DNA from: Pyrinomonadaceae bacterium
GTDB lineage: Bacteria > Acidobacteriota > Blastocatellia > Pyrinomonadales > Pyrinomonadaceae
Reading direction: 5' to 3'
DNA length: 24,743 nucleotides
Assembly (NCBI GenBank): GCA_025929655.1
Contig: JAICPV010000001.1
Span: forward strand, 1 to 24,743
The notes below the pieces were generated by a model that saw only the letters and a program-made list of their open reading frames with translations, made no database searches and was not told the DNA's origin. Within the stretch, counting starts at the first letter, position 1. The number at the start of each line of letters is the position of its first letter. Positions 24,726-24,743 of the stretch are shown piece after piece. Made by a program: the position numbers and the translations under genes.

Positions 24726-24743
24726 TGCAGAAGCCCGCACGAA

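Noticed and set aside
1-24743. Apparent abundance of GATC/CGATCG, suggesting HIP1-like over-representation
   Set aside because: It cannot be counted reliably by eye and is largely explained by ATC (Ile) codon use. An observed/expected test under a codon-aware model would be needed.

Overview
This 24.7-kb window is gene-dense bacterial chromosomal DNA. The gene set, the Asn/Thr-rich lipoprotein tail and the repeat style suggest Acidobacteriota, probably Blastocatellia (inference). Gene order: 3' end of topA; PmtA-like methyltransferase; beta-barrel outer-membrane protein; M28 peptidase; GNAT (-); Tat-exported PhoX-family phosphatase; orphan CbbQ/NorQ-type AAA+ ATPase; a small doubly frameshifted ORF; a secreted M1-aminopeptidase-fold/TPR protein lacking its Zn ligands (-); MHS-type MFS transporter; frameshifted trxC (-); group II PLP decarboxylase (-); livKHMGF-like ABC operon; DASS transporter; PpiD/SurA-like chaperone (-); nadK; AraC regulator; DHFR/RibD-C-like protein. 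I recognised no tRNA, rRNA, CRISPR array or transposase. The most unusual signal is intergenic: five imperfect palindromes whose arms are built from short tandem units of 7, 8-9 or 10 nt. Two share the same CTTTGCG arms. One of these is empty (10-nt loop, 22336-22403). The other carries an unannotated, internally deleted GxxExxY nuclease-family gene remnant in its loop (11355-11572). This suggests a REP-like cassette associated with a small nuclease gene (inference). A separate 42-bp hairpin sits in-frame inside the decarboxylase gene. Small indels at about 7140, 7242, 11446 and 11871 could be real or could be assembly errors.
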